Source: Takakia lepidozioides
Lineage: Eukaryota > Plantae > Bryophyta
Reading direction: 5' to 3'
Assembly (NCBI GenBank): GCA_030704615.1
Contig: CM060731.1
Span: forward strand, 3,596,001 to 3,660,000
Length of the DNA: 64,000 nucleotides
In this document: piece by piece, positions 1-11,924 of the stretch
Layout: each line of letters opens with the position of its first letter
How positions within the stretch are numbered: the stretch's first letter is position 1
Notes under the pieces: model-generated
Databases searched by the model: none
What the model saw: the letters and a program-made list of their open reading frames with translations, nothing else
What the model was told of the DNA's origin: nothing
Program-made: the position numbers and the translations under genes

Positions 1-497
1 TCCCATTCTTCATAACTGGACCTTGATCGATGCTCTCTGTGCTGGCTTCAGTGGCACTGGCTGTGAATTTTTGAGCCCTCCTTCCTCCCCTTCTACCTCT
101 GTCACATCACCTTCCTGTACCTCTCCAACCCTGTCCGCTGTCATCTCTTCATTTCTCACAGTCAATTCCGTCGCTTCCCCTCCCCAGAGTCACTTCTGCT
201 AGCCAGCTTGCTCTTCTCAAAATCCCTATCTACAGCTATGTCGCCCCACTTACGATCCTGAGAGAACAAAAAGAGGTCCGATTCTTTTTTCTTTGCAGGA
301 GCCAGAGCGTCCCCAAGAACCAACACCCGGGCCGTCACTGTATCAGAAAGAGAAGCGATCAGACAGGAAGGGGGGGGGGGGGACGCCCAGGGAAGTCATG
401 AGCGCAAAAGAGAAGAAAAAAGATGTCATGGTGTGACTGCATGAGGCTCACATTGTAAAGGAGAGAGAACCATACGGCTACAACAAGCTTCAGACTC

Positions 498-600
498 CGT
501 ATTCTGACACAGCCAGGAGGCCACACAAGAACACATACAACCCAACAACCACACAGACCCGTATTCTGACACAGCCAGGACGCCACACAAGGACACATAA
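498..600. repeat. Short direct repeat (two ~42-bp copies about 61 bp apart)
   Basis: CGTATTCTGACACAGCCAGGA(G/C)GCCACACAAG(A/G)ACACATA occurs twice. Confidence 0.75.
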
Positions 601-719
601 CACCCCGTAGAGCGAGACTAGAGAGAGACCATCCAACCGCCCGCCCAAGAGCGCAGCAAGGCAGTCCAGATGGGGCAGCCTGGCAGCGCACTCTGCCAGC
701 CACGTGAAAGCGCAGGGAC

Positions 720-2715
720 AATACCTTCGACATTTTGGTCATTTGCGTGAAAATCAAAGCTCTATGGCCCTCTCACTTGAACAGCTGCAGCAATGATGCC
801 AGCTCCTGAAGCTTTCCACAATCAAACTGTAGAAGCCGTCGGAGCTGCCTCCGTACGACCAATGTCTCAACGGAACCATCATTGCACTGGCTTCATGTCG
901 GCACTCCTCAACCAACCTAGGTCTAAGCAGTGAGGAAGAGGGTGCTAAGTGGCTGCACCAAGCAGCAGGCACTGGTGCGCGAGCAGCTGGAATGGCAAAC
1001 ACGAAAGCTTCGATCAAATTCATTATTGTATCACAGCAGGTGAGGGGCAACTGGACCACATCTGCGATTGTGGATGAGAATTCTAAGTACCTCCGAGGGT
1101 CAGCCTTAACCTTGTGCACATCATGGACAGCATGTTCCACTTCCACCAGTTTCCGAAGGTCTGAGCCATACACAGGTCCCCGGCTGCACCGCAGGTCATT
1201 GAGGTACGAAAATGCGAGCACCTTCCTTCTCTGCCTTGCTCTTTGAGGCCTCAGCAAGGCTTGAATATCTTCCATGACACCTCGACCTCTCCACATGCCT
1301 TGTACTTTTCCTGCTGCTGATTCCAGGTGCCCTCACCTGAACTTCCTATTTCCACAATCATGGGAGCTGGGCTCGCAATCACAGCAACCTCCTCTGCTTC
1401 CCACTTGGCCATTTCACATTCCAGTTGACTAAAACACAGATGTAGCATTGTTCCATGCATAGAATCAACCTTACATAACTGTGCCTTTGGAAGTCCTTTG
1501 ATTTCTTATCTGTACAAGTAATGCTTAAATTTCTGTTTTAACACAGCTGCAAAGGGAGAATGAGCTCAACCAAGTCATAACAACATCAGTACCTGTTCTT
1601 GCCTCTCCACCATTCCTGTGATCGGGTTGCTGAACCAGTAACGAAATTCTTGGTGTGACTGAAAAACATGTGGCATAAGGAAATGCATTAGGGACCAAAG
1701 CTCCATCAGCTCATTTTGGAGTGGGGTCCCAGTAAGAAGAATTCAACGGTTTGAATTGAAGTTCAACACCGTCTGCCATCTCTGAGATTTCTAATTCTTA
1801 ATGAGATGGGCTTCGTCCAATATCAGGTAATTCCACTTCTTTCGCTTGGAAGCCTTAGCATCCTGGATCACAAGCCTGTATGTTGTGATACACACATGGA
1901 ATGAGTTGGCCCTTGACCATCCCTGTTTCTTCAGCTTCCACTCTTTGGCACTCCCAAAGTAGGTGAATGCAGGGCACCATTTCATAAATTCTGTCTCCCA
2001 GTTGATAGGCACTACTATGAGGTGTGGACCCTTATACCTTTCTCACAAGCCAAGTGAACCAGCAAGGAAATTGTCATAATTGTCTTTCCCAAACCCATCT
2101 TATCGGCTAGAATTCCATTCAGCCGCTCTTCACTCATTGTGACCAGCCAGTCAAGCCCAACATGTTGGTACTTCTGAAGATAGTGCTTCAAAAGAAACGG
2201 TAGCTTTGTTCAGTGGTGGAAAACGTATAGCCAGTGGGCTGAGCTGACTGTGCAGCTGCAGCAGCGTCAGTCAATCTATCTTCACCTGTTTTCTCTTCCA
2301 CATCTTCCTGTTTTTTAACCTCTGCACTTCCATCACAAGTGACATACCTGCTGGATTAGGCTCACTGCGAGTCACAAGTTTCTTATCCAAGCCTTCTTTT
2401 AAATTTATCTGCTGAACAAGGTTGGTGGACTCTAAGTCACAATTCAGTTGATTATTGCCAACTCCTGGTGCACTTGGCATGGGTAAACTCAGCATAAGAT
2501 CAACATCCCTGTTCTCACTTTCACAAGGTTTGGGTGCCAATGGACCCTTCACATCAAACGGATCACTCCCTCTTCTATCTGAAGTCTCTTCCTCTCTGTG
2601 GCCAAAGACTTTCTACATAGTAGGACGTCTCTTTCTTCCTTTTGTAGTTTTCTTTACAATTCTTTCTCCTCTCTGTCTGGCAGCTTCAGAAGCCTTGGCC
2701 ACCGCCGCAGCTGTG
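720..2715 (-). pseudogene. PIE1: PIE1/SWR1-type SNF2 chromatin remodeler, fragmented pseudogene
   Basis: Translated pieces NWETEFMKWCPAF..YFGSAKE..KKQGWS..SFHVCITTYRLVIQD..KRKKWNYLILDEAHLIKN, FVFAIPAARAPVP and IFTQMTKM match SWR1/PIE1. There are multiple frameshifts, stops and deletions. A splice donor (CAG|GTACTG, ~1592) suggests a genomic rather than processed copy. Confidence 0.88.
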
Positions 2716-2722
2716 AGTTGAA

Positions 2723-4681
2723 GTGCAAAGGTTGTATTCTAAGAGTTTTGAGTCATGTAGGATTGCAGGGTTGAGTCTGGCACTATCATTTCAATCAGGC
2801 GCCTCCACCAGGACCACTGCTTTTCAAAGAGAACCAATACAAAGAGTCAACAAGAACTCTTCTCGCATTTGTGGGGATATAAGGACACTCTGTAGAGCAG
2901 GACAATTGAAAGAGGCTGTGCACAGTTTGAACCATCAAGGCACCCTGGCAGACTCCAATACATATGTCTGTCTCTTGCAGGGGTGCATCAAGATGAAAGG
3001 CCTAGCGGAGGGAAAGCAGGTGCATGCCCACATTGTCGAAAGTGGATTCAAGCCAGATGTCTTTCTCCTCAACACCCTTGTCAACATGTATGCCAAGTGT
3101 GGGAGGGTGGGCGATGCCCACCGAATTTTTGAGAGAATGCCTCAGCGAAATATATTTTCGTGGAATATAATGATAGCAGGATATGTCAAGCATGGGTTTG
3201 GTAGGGAAGCCTTCGAGATCTATGAGCAAATGAAGCAGGAAGGGGTGAAGCCTAACATGGTCACTTTCACGAGCATTCTCAATGTGTGTGCGAGCCTGGC
3301 AGCCCTGGACAAGGGCAAAGAGGTCCAAGCTGACATCACTAAAGCCAGAATTGAATTAGATATCATTCTAGAGACAGCCCTTGCTAACATGTACGCCAAG
3401 TGTGGAAGCATGAAGGATGCTCGCCTAGTGTTTGACAATATGGCTCAAAGAGACGTCGTGTCATGGAATGCCATGGCTGCAGGATATGCTGAGCATGGTT
3501 GTGGTAGTGAGGCTTTCGAGATCTATGAGCAAATGATACAGGAACGGGTAACACCTGACAGGGTCACGTTTATTTGCCTTCTTAATGCGTGTGCCAACCA
3601 GGCAGCTCTTGAAAAGGGCAGAGAGGTCCATGCTGACATCAGCAAAGCTGGAATTGTGCCAGATATCATTATGGAGAATGCCCTTGTTGACATGTATGGC
3701 AAATGCGGGAGCATAAAGGAGGCACATCAAGTGTTTGACAATATGGCTCAACAAAATGTGGTGTCATGGAGTGCGTTGATAGCAGGGTATGCCCAGCATG
3801 GGTTTGGTAGGCAGGCTCTCAAACTGTTTGAACGAATGCGAAAGGAAGGCTTGAAACCAAACGGTATCACCTTCATAAGTGTTCTCTCTGCATGCGGACA
3901 TGTGGGCTTGGTGGATGAAGGCTGTCACTACTTTTGTTTAATGAGAGAAGATCATGGCCTCACTCCTACAGTTGAACATTTCGGCTGCATGGTGAATCTT
4001 CTTGGCCGTGCAGGGCAATTAGATGAGGCAGAGGACTTCATTAACAAAATGCCCATAGAACCAGGTGCTGGGGTGTGGGGGGCCTTGCTTAGTGCCTGTA
4101 GGATTCATAGTGATGTTGTGCGAGCAGAACGTGCAGCCAAAAGCCTTCTTAAGTGGGATTCTCAGCATGCTTCTACATATGTGCTGCTATCGAATATCTA
4201 TGCAGCGGCTGGCAGGTGGGACGACAAAGAGAAGTTGAGAAAAATGATGAAGGAGAAAGGTGTCAGGAAGGAGCCAGGGCGCTGCTACATTGAGCTCAAC
4301 AAGCAGGTGCATACATTCGTTGTGGAAGACAAATTGCATCCACAAATTGAGGAGATCCATGCTGAGCTGAGGAGATTGTCTGGGTGGATGAAGGAGGCTG
4401 GGTATGTGCCTGATACACGCTTTGTATTGCATGATGTAGAGGAGGAGATAAAGGAAATTTCTCTTTGCCACCACAGTGAGAAGCTGGCGATTGCTTTTGG
4501 GCTCATCAGCACTCCCCCTGGAATCCCCATCCGCATCACCAAGAACCTTCGGGTCTGTGGTGACTGCCACACTGTCACAAAGTTCATCTCGAAGATTGTT
4601 GGGCGACTAGTTGTTGTAAGGGACGCCAACCGCTTTCACCACTTCCAAGATGGGATGTGTTCTTGTGGCGATTACTGGTGA
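2723..4681 (+). CDS. PLS-class PPR protein with E and DYW deaminase domains (organellar C-to-U RNA editing factor); true 5' end uncertain
   Basis: Uninterrupted 652-codon frame with P-L-S repeats ([16 protein letters not shown]), PG box (KEPGRCYIE), HHSEKLA, CGDCH and terminal CSCGDYW*. The first in-frame ATG is only at ~2993. Confidence 0.95.
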   Translation: MQRLYSKSFESCRIAGLSLALSFQSGASTRTTAFQREPIQRVNKNSSRICGDIRTLCRAGQLKEAVHSLNHQGTLADSNTYVCLLQGCIKMKGLAEGKQVHAHIVESGFKPDVFLLNTLVNMYAKCGRVGDAHRIFERMPQRNIFSWNIMIAGYVKHGFGREAFEIYEQMKQEGVKPNMVTFTSILNVCASLAALDKGKEVQADITKARIELDIILETALANMYAKCGSMKDARLVFDNMAQRDVVSWNAMAAGYAEHGCGSEAFEIYEQMIQERVTPDRVTFICLLNACANQAALEKGREVHADISKAGIVPDIIMENALVDMYGKCGSIKEAHQVFDNMAQQNVVSWSALIAGYAQHGFGRQALKLFERMRKEGLKPNGITFISVLSACGHVGLVDEGCHYFCLMREDHGLTPTVEHFGCMVNLLGRAGQLDEAEDFINKMPIEPGAGVWGALLSACRIHSDVVRAERAAKSLLKWDSQHASTYVLLSNIYAAAGRWDDKEKLRKMMKEKGVRKEPGRCYIELNKQVHTFVVEDKLHPQIEEIHAELRRLSGWMKEAGYVPDTRFVLHDVEEEIKEISLCHHSEKLAIAFGLISTPPGIPIRITKNLRVCGDCHTVTKFISKIVGRLVVVRDANRFHHFQDGMCSCGDYW

Positions 4682-6689
4682 TGCAAGTAAAGTGAGGGTG
4701 CGAAAGGTCATAGTTCATCATTGTTTTCACAAGCAAAGACTGAACTTGAAAGAGGATGACATTACAAGTACACTCTGAAAGTCCTCCGCAGACACGGTCC
4801 TATGCAAAAGGTACGAGTTCACTTGGTCTAGGTCCATGAACTTCTTGAGCAAGACTTACAGTTCATTGAAATCTTACTTAATTTGAAGACCACAATCTAG
4901 AGAACATTTACCTCGACAGGTAGTCAACAGTGAATTCATCTCCACAGGCTTACCTTGGGTCATTCTTGAACGATCAAACTTGGATCTAGACTTATAGTGA
5001 ACATTCTTAAGCATGAAAGTTCTCTTGAATGATTCCTGAGCTTCAGATCACCTGTCGTTGTGGATTTTTACGATATTTAACAGTCCTAATATTGAATAGT
5101 ACATGCTGGAGAACTGGACGATTCATCTCAGAATCAGGATACATACGGATAATTCTGTTTCATTAGGCATAAATCTAACATCCAGAAAATAATCTTGAGC
5201 TACATAGGACTCGTGCCAAGAAGCTCATCATAACAAAGAAATGAACGTTATGCACTCAATTTTAGAAAGGCCCAGGATAAGGTCTTTGTGGGCAGGCCTT
5301 GATCACTGAAGATGGTTGTTTGGCGTTCGTTTGGAGCCCTGCTTCAGCTTCGGCATTGAGCCTGGGCAGCTGTAAATAAATGTGCTAACAGGAATGTGAA
5401 CACGGTGTGCAGGATCCAGGCTTCAGTGGTGAGTCGCCAGTGCCAAAGGGGTACTGCACCAGGAAACACCTTGCAGGTATGGAACCAACATTTTGAAGTA
5501 TGGATGCATATACAGATATGTACATCTATACTATGTAAAGGCCAGGGTTGATAGATGATCTGCTTAAGGAATGTTATCTTGCAACTCCTCTTTGTATGTG
5601 GCGGATTCTGTGTCCTTTGAGTATGTGCCCAGGAAGTTGTCTTGGAAAGCAAAATGATTGCTGTGCCTGGCACTGTGAAAGTGATCATCAAGATTATTTT
5701 TCTGCACAAAAAATGCACATGAAAATTCCGAAAATGAAAATTCTGAAACCTCGACCATGCAGCAACTTGTCAATATTACGACCTTTCGTGCGCTTAGAAC
5801 TCCTGAGTGAGCTACCTGTATATTCCTGAATGTGTATACAGAATATTCACTGCAATAACTGAAGGCTTACCTATGCAGACATGCTCTTAGTTTTTGTGTC
5901 GTGCAGAAAATCTATTTTTGAGACCAAGTCTACTTTGGTACATTTGAATTGGCTACGGTGGGCCCAGGTTGCCAAGACTGCATGCATGTGTGTGAATAAG
6001 TTTGTACTTTGTGACGAAATGAGACAGGTTTTCTATAATCCTTGCCTTAGAGTACAGATCTAGAGCACTTGCTGGTTTGGGTGTACATTTTTGCGATATT
6101 CGGAGCGTAGAGTTATCCAGATGTTATCTTGTGTTGTCCGGTCTCAAATACAGGGAAGAGTCTTACTATTGTGTAGTGTTGGACCGTTGGCTGGTGCTGG
6201 CAGGCAGCACATGCGTGGCACTGGTTCAACTCATCAGTTCCTATGACTTGCAACCGTTCATCCGAAGTAAGGTACTCATGAGATTCTCAAGCCTGGCCTA
6301 CTTCAAGGCCTCTAGATCTGAGACATTCTTCCAGCCCTCGCTGATTTCCAGTTGACATCATCTCATTCTGAATGCTTGTGTGCAATAGAATTGTAAACAC
6401 TATCTGCAGCCCTAGAAACCATAACAACCCGAAGTCAGGAAAGTGTGGGAAGATGATCTTCAGGACTGAGGAAGGGCCAACATGTAGATTTCCCTTTGCA
6501 ACTGATAAAAAGACGGGCCAGGGAGGGGGAATGTTCTGCACCAGTTACCTTTAAAGAGGGCCAGTGCAAAAATGAATTACACGTCTTACTCCATGATTAT
6601 GTCACTCATCAATCTTGCATCCGAATTGGGCCAAAGATCAGAAGTTTAATGGAAAGTCCAAGGCAATAATAAACATGAAATGAGAACAC

Positions 6690-6915
6690 TCACCTGGCAC
6701 AATGACAGCCGACATGATATGGCCTTTTTAAATTGAAAGATACGGAGGGATGTTGTAATTCATCATGGTCACCGCCGACCGGCCAAGTGGAATGACTACA
6801 TGACTGGACAGAGAATGGGTTGACCCCATCCGAGGACAAGCCGAGGTGGACATGTCGTGGGTCCTCCAAGAGAAAAGGCCACATCTCTTCAATATTTTGC
6901 AAGTTACCTATGGAC
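6690..6915 (-). mobile_element. CACTA/En-Spm transposase (Tnp2-family) fragment
   Basis: [47 protein letters not shown], followed by a GTGAGT donor. Confidence 0.8.
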
Positions 6916-7833
6916 AGTATGTGGGGAGTCCCTCCTTGCACGTGAAGTTTTTGACAAAATGGCTCGAAGAGATGTGGTCTCATGGTATGCAATGATTGCA
7001 GGATATGCACAGGATGGGCCCGGTGGGGAGGCCCTGAAACTGTTTGTACAAATGCAACTGGAAGGCTTGAAGCCAGACGGTACCATTTGTATGTCTTTTA
7101 TCTGCATGTAGCCAGTTCGGCCTGGTGGATGAAGGCTGCCACTACTTTGATTCCATGAGTCGAGATCATGGCTTCAGTCCAACAGTGGAGCATTCTGGCT
7201 GCATGGTGGACATTCTTGGCCGTGCAAGGTGATTGCATGAGGCGGAGGACTTCATTAATAGAATGCCAGGTGCTTCAGTGGGGGGGGCCTTGCTTGGTGC
7301 CTGCAGAATTCATGGCAATGGCGATGTTACAAAACATGCAGCAATGTTTCTTCTTAAGTGAGATCCACAGGATGCTGAAATTCATGTGTTGCTATCAAAC
7401 ATCTCTGCTGCGGCTGGCAGGTGGGAGGATACCGCAAAGGTGAGAGGACAGAGGTATCAGGGAGGAGCTAGGGCGCAGCTGCATAGAGGTGGACAACTGG
7501 GTGAAGTCCATCCACAAATTGAAGAAATCCATACTGAGCTGAAGAGGTTGTCTGGGCAGATGAAGGAGGCTGGGTAGGTGTCTGACACACGCTTTGTATT
7601 GCATGATGGGAGGAGCAGCAAGAAATATGTTCAGTATGCCACCACCGTGAGAAGCTGGCTATTGCTTTTGGGCTAATCAGCACTCCCCCTATGTGTGTCA
7701 TCAAGAACCTTCGGGTGTGTGGCGACTGCCACAAGGCCACCAAGTTCATCTCAAAGATTGTTGGGCGAGCAGTTGTAGTCAGGGATGCCAACCGCTTTCA
7801 CCACTTCGAAAATGAGGTGGGGATTATTGGTGA
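6915..7833 (+). pseudogene. Degenerate PPR-E-DYW paralog (C-terminal part)
   Basis: [39 protein letters not shown] and [18 protein letters not shown], ending GATTATTGGTGA (DYW*) at 7822-7833. Many frameshifts and deletions. Confidence 0.92.
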
Positions 7834-8450
7834 AACATGCAACATAAAGAAACAAACTGCTCTGCAACCTGGAGGGGGAAAAGGTCTTGAATTTATGATT
7901 ATTTGCCATGGTTGAGGGCAGAGACTTGTGATTTCGAATGTGAGAGATAATACTGCACTTCCCTTGAGCTGCACATGATGAGCATCACCATGATTATTGA
8001 ACAGCTGCATTGAGGTTGCCGAAATTGTGGAGGCGTCCCATTGGCATGAGAAGCTCCTAAAGATATTGGGGTTGAAAGTTTTGCACTTGCAAAGATTGAA
8101 CAAGGGGATGAAGATCAAGGAAGACTGGGTACTCGAGAGTGATTTTCTCTGCAGTGACTGGGAATCTGCATCCCAATATACTTTGACACCCCTTCTACTC
8201 ACAACAGTGACAAAGGGTTTCCGTCCCCTACACTTGTATGCCCAGTAAGCTTTTGGGGGCCGAGCCAAACTTTTTGAACGGGTAGAAAATCTTTTGCCCC
8301 GACCATTGCATCGCGTAAATATGGCAGCGCCCCGAGATGCCTGTTGTGCAGGCTACCCGTATTTTACTTGGCCTACCTGAAACGAAAAAACGGGCAGGTG
8401 ATTTGAATGCCCTTTTTATGTGAGCTGGAGCAATGGAGGAGGGATGATTG

Positions 8451-9323
8451 CAGCCTGGAAGCGGGGCGAGGTCCGGACCAGTGTTTGGACCGGTATCATC
8501 AACATTTCATACCAGCCAGGGTATGGTATTGTCGGTGAAGAGGCCTCCTTCATACCTGGCAGGTAATGGTATCAAGATAGGTATTAAGCTTTTAATGTAC
8601 CAGTCTGGTACGCATATTGGTTTTGTTTGGCCTGGTATGGTATGGTATCAGTATTTCAAATTTCAAATCTTATATTGGGGGTATATCAATACTGGTATCA
8701 ATATTGTTATTTTTTATTTATTTATTTTTAAACTGAAAAATAAAAATCTGTCCAAATTATACCACTGAGGTGAGCACTTCAGCGGCTGCCTCAGCGGCTG
8801 AGTGCCGCAATTCATAATAACAAGTAGCTGGATCTCACCTTAGTTATATTGAGGTCACCTTACAAGAGCCATATTACAGGCTGATAAATGAGACAATGCT
8901 CCAAGCCTAAGCAGATTTTTGAATGGCAAAACCAGAGCTCCCAAAATCGCCATTCAGATCGTCTCAATCAAAGAGCCGCAACTCTCCATTGTTGCACCCT
9001 AAATCCCTAACGCTCCAAATATTGATACCTAGGGTGCAAGCGATAGCGGAAGACATAATACTGGTATCAACAAAGTTGCGTTCCTTGTGATACCAGGCTG
9101 GTATGGTAGGAGCCCAGGTATTAACGTTATACTATATTGCCCCCAATATGTTATGCCCGGGGTATTGCCAGTTGCTTATACCCGCCTGGTCTGGTACCCT
9201 GCAGCGATACCCTTACCCATGTCTGGTACCCTGCTGCGATACCCTTACCCATGCTGATACCCCGCCTCACCCCCATATACCGGTCCAACATTGGTCCAGA
9301 CACTGTGATCCTTCCAGGGATTG
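8451..9323. mobile_element. Non-autonomous DNA transposon (hAT-like MITE), degenerate
   Basis: Imperfect terminal inverted repeats (CCTGGAAG..GTCCGGACCAGTGTTTGGACCGGTAT versus its reverse complement at ~9277-9320) and many subterminal GGTAT/ATACC motifs. No clear TSD. Confidence 0.55.
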
Positions 9324-9593
9324 TTTCAGGGCGTTAAGGGCGAGTCGATGCAGATCTGGCCCTTCATTTGTGAAACGTGGCGATGTGTCTTGTATATAAA
9401 CTGTAATATCAAGTAGGGGTGTGTACTTTCGAGTAGGCGGGCATAGTATGAACATGAGTAGACGGAATTCTTCGATTTAGGCTTCCAACTCGCTGGCAGT
9501 TTGTGAGCAACCTACGGCCAAGGATTTTAATCTCTTTTAATCCGGGTCATATAAGTTGCATGTTCTCAACTTAACTCAATAAAAATAAAAAAA

Positions 9594-9678
9594 TCCCCCT
9601 CCTCAAGGGCCTGAATTGTGGGCTGTCGCTCCCAGGTGTCCTTTTTAAATTAAAATAAAAAATAAAATAAAATAAAAA
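9594..9678 (+). mobile_element. 5'-truncated SINE 3' end (same family as 24751-24958)
   Basis: TCCCCCTCCTCAAGGGCCTGAATTGTG..CGCTCC.AGGT plus an A-rich tail matches the reverse complement of ~24751-24822. Confidence 0.65.
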
Positions 9679-11074
9679 GGTAGAATAGAAAACACCATAT
9701 ATAAATTATAATTCGATTGGAGTTTCTCAAGGCGAAACCCTGAGTAGTATAGACAGAAACCCCAAACTGATAGTGGCGGCAGCGGCGAAGGGTCTCATTT
9801 TGAGAAACAAACCTTAGTGATATAGCTTTAATCAAACTTTTCATCCCAAGTCTTGTAATTTTGGAGGTGATTTTAGATTTTTTCAGTCAAAAGTAGTTTA
9901 AGGGTCAGAGTTTTGCCCTACAAAATTACCCATGGGTGAGGATCTTAAAGGTGACGTAAAGACTCATAGCCCGCTATCGCATCTATTATGGAAAGGACAT
10001 TGTATCATGTGAGCAAATCCACGCCTATAGAATAACATGTTTATCATGAGTAAGGGTAATTTGTTTGTTTTGTCAAGTTATTTTACCACTAGTGTGAAAC
10101 TAGCTAGGAAATAGCTAGCTTTTACATATTGACATTTGGGATTGGCCCAAGTGTCAATCCAGGGGTCAAGGCAGATTTAGGCCCTGGAGTGGTTATCTTC
10201 ACGGCAAGCGCATGAGGCTCATCTTTCTCGAGTTGAGCCTCACCGCGCCTAGCTATGGCGCCGTAGTGTGGATTCCCCATGGCGTGGGGTGCACTTGGCT
10301 TGACTTGTATTTGAGTGATGAGGTTATATATGCATGAGTTTATGCTTCAGATTTGTGAGCTTGTGCTTGTATTCTTCTTCTTTATCACTCGAGAAAGATG
10401 AGCTCGTATCTATGAGTGCTAGATACGAGTTAGTTGTAGCACTTGTGGTTTTTGCTTGAGATTGAGAGAAACCAAGTTGTTATGCAAGGAGCACCATGGA
10501 GCTCTTGGTTGTTAGAAGCGGAGGCGATGTGGGTTACGAGGTGGTAGACCTTGGCATTCGATCTTCAGCTTCAGAGATGAAAGCACCATGCTGCAGGTAA
10601 TTCCAGAGCACCTTGATGGTTTCAGATTGTGTACATGCATGAGCAAGCACGATTGGGAAGAGGACCAGTCAAGAGCAGGTTATAGTGGCTTTGGTGGCAA
10701 AGCTGAGAACTGGACCTGGGAATGCGAGCTTTCATTGTGTGAAGGATTGCAAGACCAAGCGAAAGGGCTGATTTGGCTTGGGGCAAATCAATGCACTTTG
10801 TGGAGTATGGTGAGATTGGGTTTCAATCTCGAGCTTCAGCATTGAGAGGGCTCTTGTCATGGCAAGAGCAGGGCTGGAACAGGAGCTAAGAGGTGCGGCA
10901 AGGCCATGGAATGTGCACCTAGGGTTTCAGAGCTTGGAAGAAGAGCTCTTGCACCACAAGAGAAGTGTCTTGTGGCTGGAAATGTAAGCCTTAGGGTTTC
11001 AGGAGCTTGGCAAAGGCTGTGGAGTGCTTAGTCTTGTCTTAGAGAGCATCAAGGAGCCAAGGAGCCAAGATAGG

Positions 11075-11510
11075 GGGCTGATATCTCTTGTGTGAAGAGG
11101 TTGCATGTGTGGAGCATGTATTCAGCTCATTGAAGCTTCCATCTTCAAGCTTGGAGGGCAAGCAAGGAAGAGGGAAAGGCTGACTTCCCTTATGTGAGGG
11201 CAATGTATGTGTGGAGCATGCTATCAGCCTGGTGAAGGCTTGCACTTTTAGGTGTGGGAGTGCAAGGAAGGAAGGAAGGGGCTGGTTTCCCTGTAGGGCA
11301 TGTAGAGCATGTTTTCAGCCTGCTGAAGCTTGTATTTTCAGGTTTGTGGGTGCAAGAAATGAAGCAAAGGAGCTGATTCTCTTATGGTGAGAGTGGGGCA
11401 TGTGTGGAGCATGCCTTCAGCCCATTGAGGCTCTTGTTTTCAAGCCTTAGAGAGCTAGAACGGAAGGTCTAGGGCTGGTTTCCACTTGGAGTGAAAGAAA
11501 AGCACTTGTA
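11075..11510. repeat. Degenerate ~100-bp tandem repeat (4-5 units)
   Basis: Recurring GGCTG..CATGTGTGGAGCATG..TCAGC..TGAAGCTT..GCAAGGAAG units. Confidence 0.65.
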
Positions 11511-11924
11511 GGGCCTATGTGAGTTGGGGTTTCAACTTCAAGCTTGAAAGGAGCGCAACTCTTGAAGCAACAGGTGTAGAGGGCTGGAATAGGCTCTAAG
11601 ACAGATGTTATGGCCAATGAGAGTGCTTGAATGAGTGCTCACAAGGGCTGGGAACCAGCAGGGCTTGGTTGTTTGCCATTGAGTTTAGTGGCGTGTTTGG
11701 GGAGGCTAAGTGAGAAAGAAGGCTTGGTTTGTGGCAACCACCTCATGGCTTAGGGCTAGTATGGTGGTGTGTGGGAGCCGAAAGAGCAAGGATACCTTGC
11801 TGATTTCCTCACAGCCACCATAGCTCGGTGGAAAGAAGCCTAGAGTCCAAGAGACACAAACCCTAGCTTGGCGTGGCTAAACCCCTTGGAGAAATGGCTA
11901 AACTGCCAGAGCGGCCATGTGTGG

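Noticed and set aside
3002-4629. Antisense ORFs over PPR genes (also at 55-59 kb) and over the Ty3 ORFs
   Set aside because: Shadow ORFs of coding or repetitive sequence, with no motifs of their own.
6380-6480. Copia RT-like DFGLLWFLGLQI on the minus strand
   Set aside because: An isolated short resemblance without YVDD or other flanking motifs.
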